Of a stretch of DNA of 64,000 nt, positions 1-14,231 are shown in pieces. The notes beneath the pieces are model-generated. The model was not told the DNA's origin. It did no database searches and saw nothing but the letters and a program-made list of their open reading frames with translations. Source of the DNA: Saccostrea cucullata (taxonomy: Eukaryota); assembly GCF_032062105.1 (NCBI RefSeq), contig NW_026938421.1, forward strand, positions 248,001 to 312,000, given 5' to 3'. The stretch's first letter is position 1; every line of letters starts with the position of its first letter. The translations under genes and the position numbers were made by a program.

Positions 1-1050
1 AGATCTCGACCTTAAAATATTTCCCTTCTGTTTTATTTCTTTGACATTATTGATACCAAAGAGATGACATTTCAGGCTTTCTGGAAAGCCAAACTTGTTA
101 AATAACTATGTTTATCTATTGTGTAGCTTACAGTTTAAAGATTACTACGTAATTGTAATACTTCAAATTTCCTTTTTTTTCTGACGAAAAAGCCCGAGTC
201 ATTATCTGATTGTTCTAAACAAAGACGAGGGAGGTTTTTCTTTAGTCTAAGCACAACCAAAGATAGACTCTAATTTCTGATTGGTCAATTCAGCCAATCT
301 TACAAATTCAAGAAACAAGAATTTACACTAAAAATAACGAATAAATCCAATTTTTATATAAAAAAAAATTCTGATGTGTATGACTTTTAACCGTTCTTGA
401 CAAAAATGACCCAAAGAACCAAACTACTTCACATCTTCACATTCGGAACTCTCTGGATTTCTTTATACAACATACACTTTGAGTTATTTTCTATATTCCT
501 TTTAACTCCCCTGTATTTTCTTTGCTACATTGCCAAGAAATTCTATTTCTAAACCAGCTCGTACAATATAAAGAGTCCCCCCTCTCCAGTAAAGGTCATA
601 AATGTTCCGTTGCGCCAACACTCCAATAGGTCAACCCCCCCCCCCCCCTCGTTTCTTACATATGAGTCTATAAAATACACTTCACAAAACAATTTATAAC
701 TTTATCACACTCCAGCCTCGATAAACATTAAAGAATTCTGAAAAATGAATCACTTGATCACGGACATTCCTTTCTGTGTTAAAAAATTGCTACGGCGCTA
801 GCTCACCTATCTTTTTTAAAAGATAAACTTGTATGATTTCAATGCCATGCACGTTTAGGTTTTGCTGACAAAGGGAGACCATATCTTTTGGCATAATTGT
901 CTATGATCGACTTATTGAAGGATTCAGTTATATCGTTAAGGATTCAAACTATGAAATAAAAGCTTTCAAAATTTATATTCTGCAATTAATTTTTATAGAA
1001 AAAAAAATTTTATATTGTAATATTGTTATATATTTAAAACCAATTTTTAC

Positions 1051-1236
1051 CTGAAAGCCTGAGATGACGGTAAGGTAGATTGGGGGATGTTCCTCGACCC
1101 CGTATATGATGTGTCGATCAATTCGTTTGTTAACATTGACCTCATTTTCTATAACGCTGACCTCGTTTTGGTTCACAAATATCGTTTGCTCTACATCGTC
1201 CTCTGTTGCCTCTTTATGATTTGTCACGTCTGACAT
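1051..1236 (-). CDS. First coding exon of an SLC23 family (nucleobase-ascorbate transporter) gene; rest of gene lies left of the window
   Basis: 62 codons MSDVTNH...IIYGVEEHPPIYLTVISGFQ; the Y-x-V-E-E-x-P-P-x-Y-L-x5-G-F-Q segment is typical of the SLC23 N-terminus; GT donor at 1050-1049 (phase 0) and a poly-T/AG acceptor at 1251-1250. Confidence 0.8.
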
Positions 1237-1580
1237 CTTAAAACGTTTGCTAAAAAAAAAAAACAAACACGAACGTACTCTTTCTATTGATAAAATAGGT
1301 TTAAGTCCAAAAAGGTCTTGCTATGAAATGCATAAAAATTTCTTGTACATATATATAAGCAAAGATAGTAAATGTTTATACAATATATTAGCATTTCTTG
1401 GTATTCGCATGTAAAAGAATTTCATTAAAATGAATCTTAGTCCATTCTCATTTAAACTGCTGCATTTTTTAATTGTCTAAATACTAAGTATCTTATAAAT
1501 GTATTTCATATAGAATTTAAAACAAAGGGTAAGAAAACAGAAAAGTATTACTCGTTTGAATTTCCTGTGCGAATTAACAA

Positions 1581-2320
1581 ATTTTTGGTCACCTGAGTTT
1601 TTCGGATGACCAGTGCATCCTTTTTCCGTCCGTCGTTGTGAGATGTGCGTCGTTCGTAATTTACATTTTCAATTTTTTTCCGTGAACAACTGAATATATT
1701 TCTGCTTAAATCATTTTTGGCATGTGGCATCAATTGATGGAGGGGAAAAATCGAATATCATCGAAAATCATTGAACCCTTGAGGGGTGGGGCTAAAACCA
1801 TTTAAACACTATCTTTAAAAATCGCCTTCTTTACTCTTGAACCACAGACGCTTGTTTCGGAAATAATTTTTTAACCCACAGTAGAAGAATAACGCATATT
1901 ATTGTCCTCTACAAAAATTTGAATTTTTCAATTAAAATTTATATATGACAATTACAAATTTTAATTGAAAAATTCAAATTTTTTTAGAGGACATTATTAT
2001 ACTTTGGGTTAATAATTTATTTCCGAAACAAGTACCTATATGTCTTGAACATCGAGTAGTCAAACTGTTTATAAATATTAAGCCTAAGTCTACCTTCCAC
2101 CAAACCTGTGAATTTTGAATTGATTTTCAAAGCAACTAAGTTCAGAGATTCGAGTGTTAGGGTTGAGCTACAAATTCGAAATTTTATTTTAATTTCCTTG
2201 TTTTACTGCGTTTATTGTTTACTCATTTGTTTAGTATAATCATATGTATTTTAAGTTAAATTATTATTACATGTATTTTTTTTTTTTTTGTTATAGAGAT
2301 CCATTGCAATCATGCCTCCT
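1581..2320 (+). mobile_element. Degenerate Helentron-like non-autonomous element, interrupted by a palindromic MITE
   Basis: Starts TTTTTGGTCACCTGAG followed by a GTCC/GTCG-type microsatellite, the same layout as the intact elements at 4933 and 56962; right end uncertain. Confidence 0.4.
1851..2032. mobile_element. Palindromic (fold-back) MITE
   Basis: CTTGTTTCGGAAATAA...TTATTTCCGAAACAAG termini with inner arms (TGTCCTCTA...AAATTTGAATTTTTCAATTAAAATTT and its reverse complement). Confidence 0.7.
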
Positions 2321-2910
2321 AAAATTAAAGGCTGTTCTCTGAAAATAAAGTTTTAGAGCATTCTGTAAGTTTTTGATCCTTCCGTCAACATTGCTGACAT
2401 TATTTGTATCACATCACCCCCCCCCCTTTTTTTTTTGGTAATATAAAGATTAGCCTTAATATATTGCGCTTTGATTGAATTCAGTTTCAAGCTACATCGG
2501 CTCTCTCCACATTGTAAAACCATTGTAACAACAACCATCCCCCTTGGTGGGTGGGGGAAAGGGCAATGATTTTTTTCACTTAGCTGGCAGAAGTAGCAGT
2601 TTTAAGCGATCAGGGCCTCGACTCTCGTTATTTTTAAGGAGTAGACAAGTGATCGGACTTCAAACCCTATTCTACAAAACGTTACAAACACTTTAAAGAT
2701 TTTGTCTACATTGTATCACAGAATGATTCCCCGCGGAGACAATCATATATGAGGCATCTTTCTGTACGCGGAGTTAGGTTTTGTTTTGCTTGGACATAAA
2801 TAGCAGAGGAGTAGCATTGCATGTAACACAGTGAGTGGCAAACATGCTCATCAAAATTTAGAATATATATCTTTTTAATTTATTAGAAACAAAAGTTTTA
2901 TTCTGGTTAA

Positions 2911-3283
2911 GGACCCTCTCTACACCAGTGCAAAACGTTTTTTGGACATTGAGAAAAATATATTCTATAAAGGTGTTAATATTAAGCTTCTTTGATTAAT
3001 TTTCACTATATGGTACGTGGCATTTACCCCCAGGAAAAATAATCAAACACAACACAGTATCAGTAAATAGAAATTAACTGTTAATTACTTCAGTAGAGAA
3101 AATACATGTAAATAACATGTTCAGTTAATTTACTAGTACCTTGACCTTTTAAAATGCTAAGAATACTTGAATTGATTATGAATTTCTATTTTTTTTAGAA
3201 TTTAGATCTAAGGGCAGATCACTCTAATTGCTAAAAAATACCATAGAATCAGAACTCTTTAGTGTGCAGTGTAGAGAGGGTTC
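2911..3283. mobile_element. Non-autonomous TIR element with TTAA target duplication (Kolobok-like)
   Basis: TTAA-GGACCCTCTCTACAC ... GTGTAGAGAGGGTTC-TTAA; 15-bp TIR with 1 mismatch. Confidence 0.75.
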
Positions 3284-4932
3284 TTAAATCTTTTGAAAAT
3301 TATAGGTTTGTTTTAAAAAAAAGGTAGATATGGCCCAAGTCACAAAAAAGTTTATGTCTTCCTAAAAAGAACAAATAGTTAAAGGTTCCGTCACACAGAA
3401 TAACGTTTGGTCAGGTTAACACCAGAAGCAGCACGTCATCACACGAGATTGATGTTTGTTGTTTTAGCAGCAGCAGACCTATTTCGGCAAATAGGAAAAC
3501 ATGAATTCTTGCAATACTCTTCAAGTTAGTATCAATCACATTATCCAGCGATAAGGTACACGATGGGCAACCAATGCGGTTTTTAAAATAAAAATGACGT
3601 GGTTGCCAGCCCAACACCCATAGTAATCGGACGGTGAATGAGGCCATCGGGCGAATTGATAAGGATTATCGGGAAAAAAATAAGTTGTAGTTAAAATTAA
3701 GCGATGTCTCTACCGAAGCCCACATCGCTCCTCATCGGCAACCCATCATTAATACATCCTTCAAGGATTAGTCGATGTATGGCCGATCATCGTTCAGTGT
3801 CCGTTGAATCTAAGGTCATCGGGAGTGAGTGGTGGGCAACAGACATCGATCATCGGTCAATATTCGATCAAATTATTGGAAAAACCAAACGATTTAAAAT
3901 AATTGTAGATAATAAGTAAATGCCACCAAAGACTTTGAAGAATATCATGAAAGAATACAAATTTAACAGAAAAACTACACGTACAGTTACTTGTTCATAT
4001 AAGCATTGTTTTCTAACTTCTAAAATCAATGTAGTCTGTAATCGTCGAAACTTTATTTCATTATATTAATTTTATATCATCTAAAGAAATGTCCATTAAT
4101 TTGTTATTAACTTTATTCGTTTGAAGACGTGTTTTGAATATATTAACCATTTATATACATATTTTTTAAAAAGGTTTTGTTGTAATTCCAGGTTTTTTTT
4201 TTTTTTTGGATAAATACGCTAATACGCTAAATATTTGATTCAGCAATTTAAAATTTTTGCAAATAGGAAATTGAAAAAGTTTCAAGTTTTGAATTAGCTT
4301 TCCCCTATACCTGTTCTGAGCACACTTCTTACCTGGTGAATCAGGTGCTTCCTCAGACCAATATCAGAATACCGCCAGTTCAATATTTTGGTTAGAAATG
4401 AAATTTTGAAAAAAAAAATAATCCACGTGCTCTATTCACTCCCAAACGCAGCAATGGCGACCGTTTCCTCGGAGCATGCTTCTCTAAGTATGGGATCAGG
4501 TCAGGAGGGCAGACTCGTGTTTTGACAGGCTCTGCCAAAACTTAACACCTGTGCTAAGTGCACAGAGGGCTGATAACGATTAACGTCATCATTTGCAACT
4601 TTAGGAGAGATCGACCATGCAGAATCAAATAAAAGTCCCCAGGTATTATTTATCTTTTACCTCCGGCAATTAATAGTCACATCTCGTTATCTCGAATGAG
4701 ATGGAAAAAAGAAAAACTTCGAAATCTACAAAGATTTGAGGTATAAAGGGAAACTAAGTAAATAAAGAAAAAATTAGTAGACTTCAAGCTCACTTTGACA
4801 ATCCATGGTATTCGAGAAATCGATCTTCGAAAAATCGAAGTTCAACTTTCCCCCCAGATTTATCAGTACTAAAAAGAGCTTATTTAATGAAGATATCTGA
4901 TATTTTCGTATGATGGTCCATGAGCTTACATA

Positions 4933-6360
4933 TTTTTAGCTCACCTCAACGATGTTGGGGGGAGCTTATGTGATACCCTCGGCGTCGGTGTCGGCGTCGG
5001 CGTCCTGGCTTAAGGTTAAGTTTTTTGGAGCAGTTTTCTTTTTAAGTACTTCTATGTCCTATATTGATTAGACATGCATGGAAGATGTTTCTAATGTCTT
5101 TCATTGTACCAGTCAAAGTTTCAGATGCTGCAATTTCAGCAGAGGAATGACCAGGTTAATGTTTTTGGTGCAGGTTAACATTTTTGGTGCAGTTTTTGGT
5201 GTAGGTCTCATTTCCGAGTAAGTATAAGCCCTATGTTGACCAAACTTACATGGATGGTACATCTTAGGATGCATACTACCAGACTTGCTTCGGATGCTGA
5301 ATCTGACCTACATTTTCCGGTTTAGTGAACAGGTTAAAATTTTTGGTGCAGGTTTCATTTCCAAGTTTCTATGAGCCCTATAATGACCAAACTTGCATGG
5401 ATGGTACATCTTAGGATGCATATTACAAGACTTGCTTCGGATGCTGAATCTGACCTACATTTTCCGGTTGAGTGAACAGGTTAAAGTTTTTGGTGCAGGT
5501 TTCATTTCCAAGTTTCTATGATTATAATGACCAAACTTGCAATGGTACATCTTAGGATGCATATTACAAGACTTGCTTCGGATGCTGAATCTGACCTACA
5601 TTTTCCGGTTGAGTGAACAGGTTAAAATTTTTGGTGCAGGTTTCATTTCCAAGGTACTATGAACCCTATAATGACTAAACTTGCCTGGATGGTACATCTT
5701 AGGATGCATAATACCAGACTTGCTTCGGATGCTGAATCTGACCTACATTTTCTGGACGAGTAAACAGGTTAAAGTTTATGGTGCAGGATTCATTTCCAAG
5801 TAACTTTGAGCCCTATAATGACCAAACTTGCATGGATGGTACATCTAAGGGTGCATTCTACTAGGCTGGCTTCAGAAGCTGAATCTGACCTACATTTTCC
5901 GGATTAGTGAAAAGATTAGTTTTTTATACAGGTTTCATTTCCAAGTAACTCTGAGCTCTATGTTGAACAAACTTGCATGGATGATACATCTTAGGATGCA
6001 CACTAATGGACTTGCTTCAGATGCTGAATTCGACATACATTTTCCAGATAATAGACCTTGTAAAAGTTATGGGTGCAGGTCTATCACCTTTAACTATAAG
6101 GCTTATATAAACCAAAGTTGCACAAATGATGCATCGAGGGATGAAAACTTCAATCTTTTCAGATGCTGGATTTTAATTACATTTTCATTATGAAGAACTA
6201 GTTTTAAGTTTTTATATAGGTCTATTCCAAAGTATCAAAATTGCACAAATTTTGCATTTTTGGATGTACACTTTTTGTTGGTTAATTGTGTGACTTAATT
6301 TGCCTTACTTAAAGACAACATTCGTTGAGGTGAGCTCTGTAATCTCTGATCACCTATGTT
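4933..6360 (+). mobile_element. Non-autonomous Helentron-like (HINE) element with internal ~147-bp tandem repeats
   Basis: TTTTT start, perfect 15-bp subterminal IR AGCTCACCTCAACGA / TCGTTGAGGTGAGCT (6322-6336), (GGCGTC)n microsatellite; unit marker TGACCTACAT at 5304, 5451, 5592, 5739, 5886. Confidence 0.8.
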
Positions 6361-6393
6361 TAATATAGAAAAAAATGTGAAACACTGATGTCC

Positions 6394-7276
6394 TGTCACG
6401 TGTAGGGGGACGGATTAGAGCCCAACCGGCCTCCCCACAACACTCAGGGATCGCGTCTGATAAGAATCAGACCTTAGGGATAGAACTAAGACACTGATGT
6501 GCGCTGCCAAAATATACAAATATGCGCAACGTATATACAGACTAAATATATTCAACGTTTTTACAGAACATGCCAAGAAAACATACTAAGCCAACGAAAG
6601 TGAAGACGAAAAGCAAACCAGTGCTCTACCGCACAGACAGATCCACAACAGAACAAGACACAGGGTACCACACTTTACAAACACCGTAAAGCGACAGTCA
6701 TACACTTAATTAAATATGACCAAAATTCCAGCACCCTCAACAGGCCATGAATCAACAAATATTAAAGCAGGACAAAACAGTCCAACAACCCTATTGTCTA
6801 ATAATAGTTAGATACTAGGAAATATAGTTTTAACTCCCCCAATCTTCCTAACTCAAGTACCGATGTACATACAATCAACCTAACTACGTCTGCATAAACC
6901 TAAATACGTCTGCCTATCTAAACAGCCTTCTTTGTTCTTCTCAAACCGCGTGCTCTGCACTTCCCACATCTACTTAGACCCCAGGTGTTACATGCCCCCT
7001 TGGGATCAAGTAGATAACCCGTCCACGCGTATTTCGTTGGACATCAGGTAGCAAATACTATTTTATTCACTGCAATGGCAATATTAAATACACAAATATA
7101 CTAAAATGTTAATGCACAGCTTAGATTATCCAACTGATGCTAAGAATTCACTAAAATAAGAGAGTTGGAGAACTGAAGTCGAATAAATCAGGTACAGGTT
7201 AATTGACAAAAAAAGTTCAACATAAATTTAGATTTTTCATGGCCGATTCTCCGAATTCCGGAATACATCCGCGACA
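6394..7276 (-). repeat. 3' LTR of the Gypsy element
   Basis: Bounded by TGTCACG...CGCGACA; directly adjacent to TTACCCCCTCCTT (7277-7289), which reads as the polypurine tract AAGGAGGGGGTAA on the minus strand; 6789-7006 is repeated near 17320-17521. Confidence 0.75.
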
Positions 7277-7599
7277 TTACCCCCTCCTTAATTTTATGCG
7301 TCCTCGCATAAGCATTTTATATTTTATATATTTTTTCTTTTCTTTTTTTTTATTAGCCAATAAACATATAACATGCTCTATTTACATTAATCTATACCTC
7401 TACATTAATATACATATCAGCCCTCCCTTCACCAATATGTTCACTGGACATAGTCTTTATGCCAGATGGGCTGTTTTCTAATCCTCTTGTCAGATCTACA
7501 TCTTGTCCCTAAACATGGGTATCTACCAAATCTTGTGTGTTGAACGATTCAACCTCATCTTCTTCATTGTCTACAACGACCTCATCTGCCAAAATCTGA

Positions 7600-8818
7600 G
7601 GTTTTAGCAGTCAACCTATCGGCATGTATTATCTGCGACTGTTCCTTCTACCTACAGTTGACTTCATACAATAGATCTGATTTCTTTGAAACGATGGTGA
7701 ATGGGTCTCCAAAAGCTCGTAAATTTCGGGGAGTGACCCACCTTTCTCCGAGGAAAGAAAACATATACTTCATCCCCTTTATGAAAGCTTTGCCAGTTTA
7801 TCTTTGCGTCGTGATATCTCTTCTGTCAACGCATTTCCTGACCCGTATGTTGGCGAACTGCACTATGAGCTTCTTCTATACGCTGTTTCAGTTCACAAGC
7901 CCATACATTATGCGGGACGACAGAGGCAGTGGCTGGCATTTCAAACATCACATCAAGTGGTGTCGCCATTTCCCTTCCAAGCATTAGGGCATTAGGAGTG
8001 CACCCTGTCGTCTCGTGTTCTGCAGATCTATAGGCCATCATCACGTACGGAAGGTGGATATCCCAGTCTTTCTGGTGTTCATCTACATATCCGCTGAGCA
8101 TAGTTGCTATCGTTTTATTAAAACGCTCCACCATTCCGTCGGATTTGGGGTGGTATGGAGTGGTTCGTGTCTTTTTAATACCAAGAAGCTGACAGACATC
8201 TGCAAACAATTTGCTTTCAAATTGTGCCCCCTGATCAGCATGGATGACGTAAGGCACACCGAACCGAGTAATAACTTGTTCAACGATGACTTTTGCCACA
8301 GTCTCGGCTTCCATATTTCTCATCGGAAAGCTCACCGTCCATTTTGAATAGTAGTCCGATACTACAAGTATATACCTATTCCCCTTGTTTGTTATGGGTA
8401 ATTCCCCAAGTATATCTGTTGCTATACGCTCCATTGGTGCCCCAACCTGGACAATTTGCATAGGCGATTGCTTTGTCTTTTGAAAACCTTTCCGTTTATA
8501 ATTACTGCATTTTTCACAGCATGCGATGTACGCACGGACATCTGACTGAAGACCTGCATGGCCAATAGTACCGCTGACGGATCTTCGCAACTGCCTTTGT
8601 CATACCTAAGTGACCCGACACCCTGTTTTCATGATGTTCACCTAGAACTGTGCGCCTCTCACTAAACGGCACAGCAGCTTGTAACTTAGTGCCTTTACCA
8701 TCGATGCATCTCCTATACAGTATGTCATCATCAACAATCAAAGCCTCAAATTGTGACCACAGCGATTTGACTACGCGTCCCTCACTACTTATAGCAGAAT
8801 ACTCAGGTCTCTTGCCCT
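7600..8818 (-). pseudogene. Gypsy integrase (frameshifted)
   Basis: HH...GHLG zinc-binding region in ORF 8514-8741; rve core (ERIATDILG, HADQGAQFES, YHPKSDGMVER) in ORF 7826-8590. Confidence 0.9.
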
Positions 8819-10252
8819 CTAAAACCCAATTTTGACCAGTTCTAAAGCAGCATCTTCCTTTTGTAGAGACTTCATATTTGTGTCCGGAGCTATGTTGCGC
8901 ACTTGCGATACAATCGGTTCCTCAGGCATGCAGCACTTCTTGCAAGGAAGTCGACTTAGCGCATCAGCATTACTATGTTGTTTTCCAGGACGGTGTTCTA
9001 TTTTCATTTTAAAATTCCCTAGCGCCTCGATCCATCGCGCTAGCTGACCCTCCGAGTTTTTAAAATTGAGCAACCAGCGCAATGAACTGTGGTCTGTTCT
9101 CACGGTGAATTGCTTGCCGTACAGATAATGTTTGAAATATTTCGTGAAGTTTACCACCGCTAGCAGTTCTTTCCTCGTGACGCAATACTGGCACTCAGCT
9201 TTTGACAGGGTGCGACTTGCATACGCAATCGGTCTTTCAATGCCATCTAATTCATTCATCTGGGATAAAACAGCTCCAATGGCTTGGTTGCTTGCGTCTG
9301 TATCCAGAATGAACTCATGATTATAATCTGGCATTGCAAGTATCGGAGCCTTGCATAATCGCTGCTTTAGATCCCTAAATGCATCCTGACAATCCTGCGT
9401 CCAGTTCATCGCAGCCCCTTTTTCTGTAAGCTTTGATAAAGGTTTGGCCCTTTCCGAAAATTTCTCAACAAAACGCCGATAATACCCGCAGAGACCAAGA
9501 AACGAACGGAACTCACTGACGTTGCAAGGCTCTGGCCAATCCTTTATCACTTTAACTTTCTCTGGACCTGTGGCAACCCCCTCCTCAGATATAACATGGC
9601 CCAAATATAAAACTTCCTTCGCAAAGAGAGTACACTTTTTCGCCTTGAGCTTGAGACCTGCTGCAATGAGACGATCAAAAACAGTCATCAAATTCTGAAT
9701 CATTTGCTCGAATGTTTTACCGACAATGATTACATCATCCAAATATATCAAACAGAACTCCCATTGAAGCCCCGTCATTATCTTCTCCATGAGCCTCTGA
9801 AATGTCGCGGGAGCGCAACTCAGTCCAAAAGGCATTTTCATAAATTGGTATAAACTCTTACGAGTAACAAAGGCCGTTTTTGGAAGGTCCTCTGGTTTGA
9901 CAGATACTTGCCAATAACCGGAAAACAAGTCAAGGGTCGAAAACCATTTGTTACCTTTCAGACTGTCGAGGGACTCGTCTATGCGAGGAAGAGGATACGC
10001 ATCCTGAATGTTCAACTTGTTCAGCTTCCGATAATCAACACAAAAATGTGTCGAACCATCCTTCTTCTTCACAAGTACAACCCCTGCAGCCCAAGTACTG
10101 GATGATGGCTCAATTATTCCATCTCTCATCATTTCTTGCACTTGCTTGTCAACCGTTTCAGTGGCATGATATGGGAGACGGCGAGGGGGTTCTTTTACAG
10201 GTTTAGCGTTCCCCACATTAATTTCAAGCTCGATAACATTGGTGAAGCCCAA
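8819..10252 (-). pseudogene. Gypsy reverse transcriptase + RNase H portion of pol
   Basis: CVDYRKLN, MPFGL, YLDD catalytic motif, LDTDAS RNase H motif, TDHSSL, NADALSR; bounded by a stop at 10256-10258 and a frameshift near 8820. Confidence 0.93.
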
Positions 10253-10255
10253 GTC

Positions 10256-11460
10256 CTAATTATCTTTTGCAAAAAGATGGCCATAGCTTTTCAGCATATC
10301 ACGAACAGTCTTGACTTGATCCTTTGTTAGGTCCTCACTACATCGTCCGAGAAGGTCCACCAGTTGCTCATTGACTTCCGTAGCAACTACCTCTTGACAA
10401 TTGTTACTCACTGAAAACACCGGGCTTATCTGGCCCAAGCTTGTGCCCTTATGAATAAGACAAGGTTCATCAGTGTAATTGAAGACACGAACTGGTACTA
10501 CATTCGCACCAAGAACCAAAGATCTACCAACTGCAGTAGACGACTCTGCAGTATTTTCCTCTAACGGTTCAACCAAACTTTCACGAGAAGGCAGCTGACC
10601 ACCCTCTGGTATACAAACCTTTCCAGGTATTAAAACCTCTTTGTTTGCAGGAATGGTCACTGTGTTCAACGTTACCACCCTAAAGCACCCAAAGTGACCT
10701 TTCTTTTCCATGGTGAAGTTGTTATGTCGTCCCACGACTAACTCTTGGCTTTTCAGGTCTACACTACAGTCATGTTGTGTTAAGAAATCAAGGCCTAACC
10801 ATCAACATTCAGCAACAACAGCTTTAACAGAACATTGAAAATTGCTTATTTGAAAAGTGAACATACCCTTTCCCATCACATTTAAATTATTTCCACCTGC
10901 GTCTAAAACATCTCGTTCCATTCGAAATAATTCTGGGGTGTCCTGGCTTACGATATGTTCCATCAATTTAGCAGAAACAAGGGTCAAAGTTGCTCCTGTG
11001 TCAACGAGAAGTTTTGAATTCAACCCATTGACTTTAGCATTAACAAACAACCCTGCTTCCAGACCAATAGTATTAGAACCCACAGAAGCATGGGAGAATG
11101 TCTCCCCATTGCTTTTAAAATCGCTACTGCTGCCTTTTGCAGCTTCCTTACCAGCTTCCATGCCCTTGGCTTTAAGATTTGGGCAATGTTTACGCATGTG
11201 ACCCTGTTTATGACAATAGAAGCATTTAACCCTGTCCTTACCCCCTTCTTTGTGACCACCCTTACTCCAAACAGGGGAAGATGGAGATCTCCTTTGTTTT
11301 ATTTCTTCTACATCTTTAGAAAGCTTCTCGAATTTGTCAGAGAGCTTCGTAATCAGGGATATAAGGTCACCCTCTTTATATTCATACACTTTATTGCAAA
11401 CTTCAGGGGTCGCACTCCTGAGATGCCTTTTACGCTCTGCCCTGTTTTATGCCTCTAACT
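10256..11460 (-). pseudogene. Gypsy gag C-terminus (zinc knuckle), aspartic protease and spacer, disrupted
   Basis: CFYCHKQGHMRKHC CCHC knuckle and LVDTGATLTL protease active site in ORF 10802-11389; frameshift near 10800. Confidence 0.88.
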
Positions 11461-12317
11461 CTACAGCCAACCTTATGGCCTAATTTAAATTTGCTGGCCT
11501 AGCTTGCTTTATTCGTATCCTCATCTCGGAATCAACAAGCCCGTCAATAAATTGATCTTTAGAAAGAGTCTCTCTTATCTCGGCGTCTGCTGTTCGATAC
11601 GCGAGGTTGGCAAGTCTCCGAATAGCCTGACCGAGTTCTGGCAAAGTTTCCCCTGGCTTCTGCCGACGCTCTCGCATCTGTACTCTATATAACTCTGTCT
11701 GACTTGGTGGAGCAAACCTCTCTTCCAAAACACGCACCAACTCTTCATATTCTGGAGATCTTCCTCTAGAAAGATTCCCCAAGACCCCCAGGGCATTACT
11801 ACGCAAGGAAACAGCAAGGTAGGTACCTTTACTTTCCTCGTTCCAGTCGTTTATTTGCGCACGCGCTTCAAAGTGACTGCGGTAGTCTTGCCATGCTATC
11901 GTTCCATCATATGTAGCAGGCTTCAAGGCTACAGTGGCTGCCTTAAGGCCCTGTCACACCAACCGCCTCCCCACGGAGTTGTTACGGCGTTGTTAAAATT
12001 TGAAAATAGCCGTGGAATCGCAATGAAACTGCACAAATTTCTGTCAAATTTTCAGAATGTGAAGATGTCACGGAGTCCTTACGGCGACTGGCGCGTTTCT
12101 ACGGCGTTCTCGCAGCGAGCTACTGCGATCCCACGGAGATCTCTAAGCGATTTATTGCGCTTCCACGGCGTCTTCCCGACGTTTTTACGGCGTTCAAGGA
12201 GTTGTCACCTCGCGTGCACGGCGTTCTCAAGGCGCGTGTTCGGCGTTCACAATACGTTCTTCACCTTGCTATATAAACAAAAGCAATACAAGCATCGTCA
12301 TTCAGTTGCCTTTCACC

Positions 12318-13744
12318 ATGACAAGGAAAAGGAAAACGAAATCTAAAAGAAGGACAAAAAATAGTCCTCGGACATTGGATTCAAATCCTACAGATTTAGA
12401 ACCAAAGCAAAATCCAATGCCAACAAATTTGAATCAAGAATCACACTGTCAACCTCATCCAGAGCGCGAGAAATCACCTTGTTCGATTTCCTCTAGAGCA
12501 AGCAGTCCATCAAACCCTTCAACCTCAGACAGTCTTCCAATACAGTCACAGAAAAGATCTAAGACTAATCTCACCGATGAACAAGAGGATGAAATGGCTT
12601 CTTGGCTTGAGGCAAACGAAATTTTGTACAACAAAAAGCTGAATGCCTACAAGGATTTCAAAAAGAAAGACTCTCTTTGGGAATCCAAAGCAGCTAGCCT
12701 TGGCAAGGACGTTAAAACTTTGAAGACCTGGTACCGGTCCATCCGTACCCGGTATACCCGCCTCTTACATAGAAAATCTGGTGATGGTGCAAGTGAGCTA
12801 ACAGAAAGAGACCGCTGGATCCTTCAAAATTTTGCCTGGCTGAAGGTTCATATCTTTGAAATCAAGAAGAAAACTACAGTCAGTGTAAGTACAAAAAGCC
12901 CTTTCATTTTAATGTAGACCTATTTAATATTTTAATGTCCACAAAGTTCCCAACTTGTGATCTACGTTTCTTATTTTTTGTGCTTTTACAGATGAAAGAG
13001 AAGATAGCTTCCACTAAATCCACAGAGGATGATAGTAATTTAGAGAAAGAATTTGAAACAGAAACAGAAACTGACACTATCTCTCATCAACAGCTGGAGC
13101 CTTCATCATCAGTATCGTCCAGAAAGAAAGCCATTCAAGAGGAAGATAGATTGCTCAGCAATATTGTGAACAGTCCATGGCTTTCCAGACGAAAGTATTG
13201 GAGATGCTGGCTCCTCCAAAGGCTACGGAGAGAACGGCATTTGCTGACTGGACAAAGGAAGTAATGATTAACCTGCATCCGTCCCCAAAGGGAATGCTCC
13301 AACCTAATGTACACATACCAAGAAAAGAGTGAAGAGCTCCTCAATCCAGTTGTTCATCAACAGCCATATTCTGCTCATCAACTGCCATTTTCACCACCAC
13401 AGCAGCAGTTCTATGCCTTTTCGCGGCCTTCTCCTTGTACTGGATCGACTAGCGCACTTTGGCAGCCTCCGCCTCCGCAGTGGCCTACAACGGTCCAACG
13501 GAATATGTCTGTTTGGGGATCGCAGAGTCCGGCTTGGGTTCAGACACAGATGACTGAGCTACAGCCGACAACAGTAGTGACCCAAGGGCTATCTAACATA
13601 GCCACTACCAGCACCCCAATTCAATCTGGAGAACAGTCAGTAAACTTAACTAGCCTGGTCAATAGCAGTTTGGAAATGTGTAACTCCCCTCTTAACAGAG
13701 TTTCCGGACCATATGGTGAGTGTCGGGATGGGGAAGGACAGTAA
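12318..13744 (+). pseudogene. Harbinger accessory MADF/Myb-SANT-like DNA-binding protein (exon 12318-12884, intron 12885-12991, exon 12992-13744 with frameshifts)
   Basis: EILYNKKLNAYKD...KDSLW...LKTWYRSIRTRY trihelix-type Trp pattern; GTAAGT donor and TTACAG acceptor in phase 0; TATATAAA near 12270; second exon broken into several frames. Confidence 0.8.
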
Positions 13745-14231
13745 ACAATTGAGGGTTTTTCGATACACAAGAAAATATGAACTGTAACTGACTTCTTATT
13801 TCCTCTTTAACTGATACTCAAGAAACACAGGAAGTGTGAAATATGTTCTTATTTTGTTTGTTTGAATTTTTTTATCTGAACCGTTTTACAATGTACATGT
13901 ATACAGATGGGAGTGGTGAACTTTATTTTCTACATTTATAGGTAAATAAATGATTTCAACATAGTTTTTTTACTTTGCTTATTCTAATGAAAAGTGGGTA
14001 ATCATGAAATTTCATAAAATGCAAATAAAACAATAGGAAATTGATGAACATTCATAAAAATCATATTTAAGTAAATCGATTCATAAACACACATAAAAAA
14101 TTAAACTTCTGTCCTATTCTCTAATGTTATCTTGGTAGAATTCAAATCATACGATCCTGCGAAGGCACAGAACCAGCTGTGGAGTTGAAATACAACTTCT
14201 GTCCTATTCTCTAATGTTATCTTGGTAGAAT

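Noticed and set aside
3380-3900. AAGGTTCCGTCACAC Harbinger-like end with ATCG-rich body
   Set aside because: No matching opposite terminus or TSD found.
6501-6509. PBS-like TGGCAGCG on the minus strand
   Set aside because: It lies inside the inferred 3' LTR and is not adjacent to a TG/CA LTR edge; the true PBS appears deleted.
11855-12346. 163-aa ORF, and ORFs at 15388-16206
   Set aside because: They cross the GC-rich Harbinger subterminal regions; no recognisable domain except the gag part beyond 16120.
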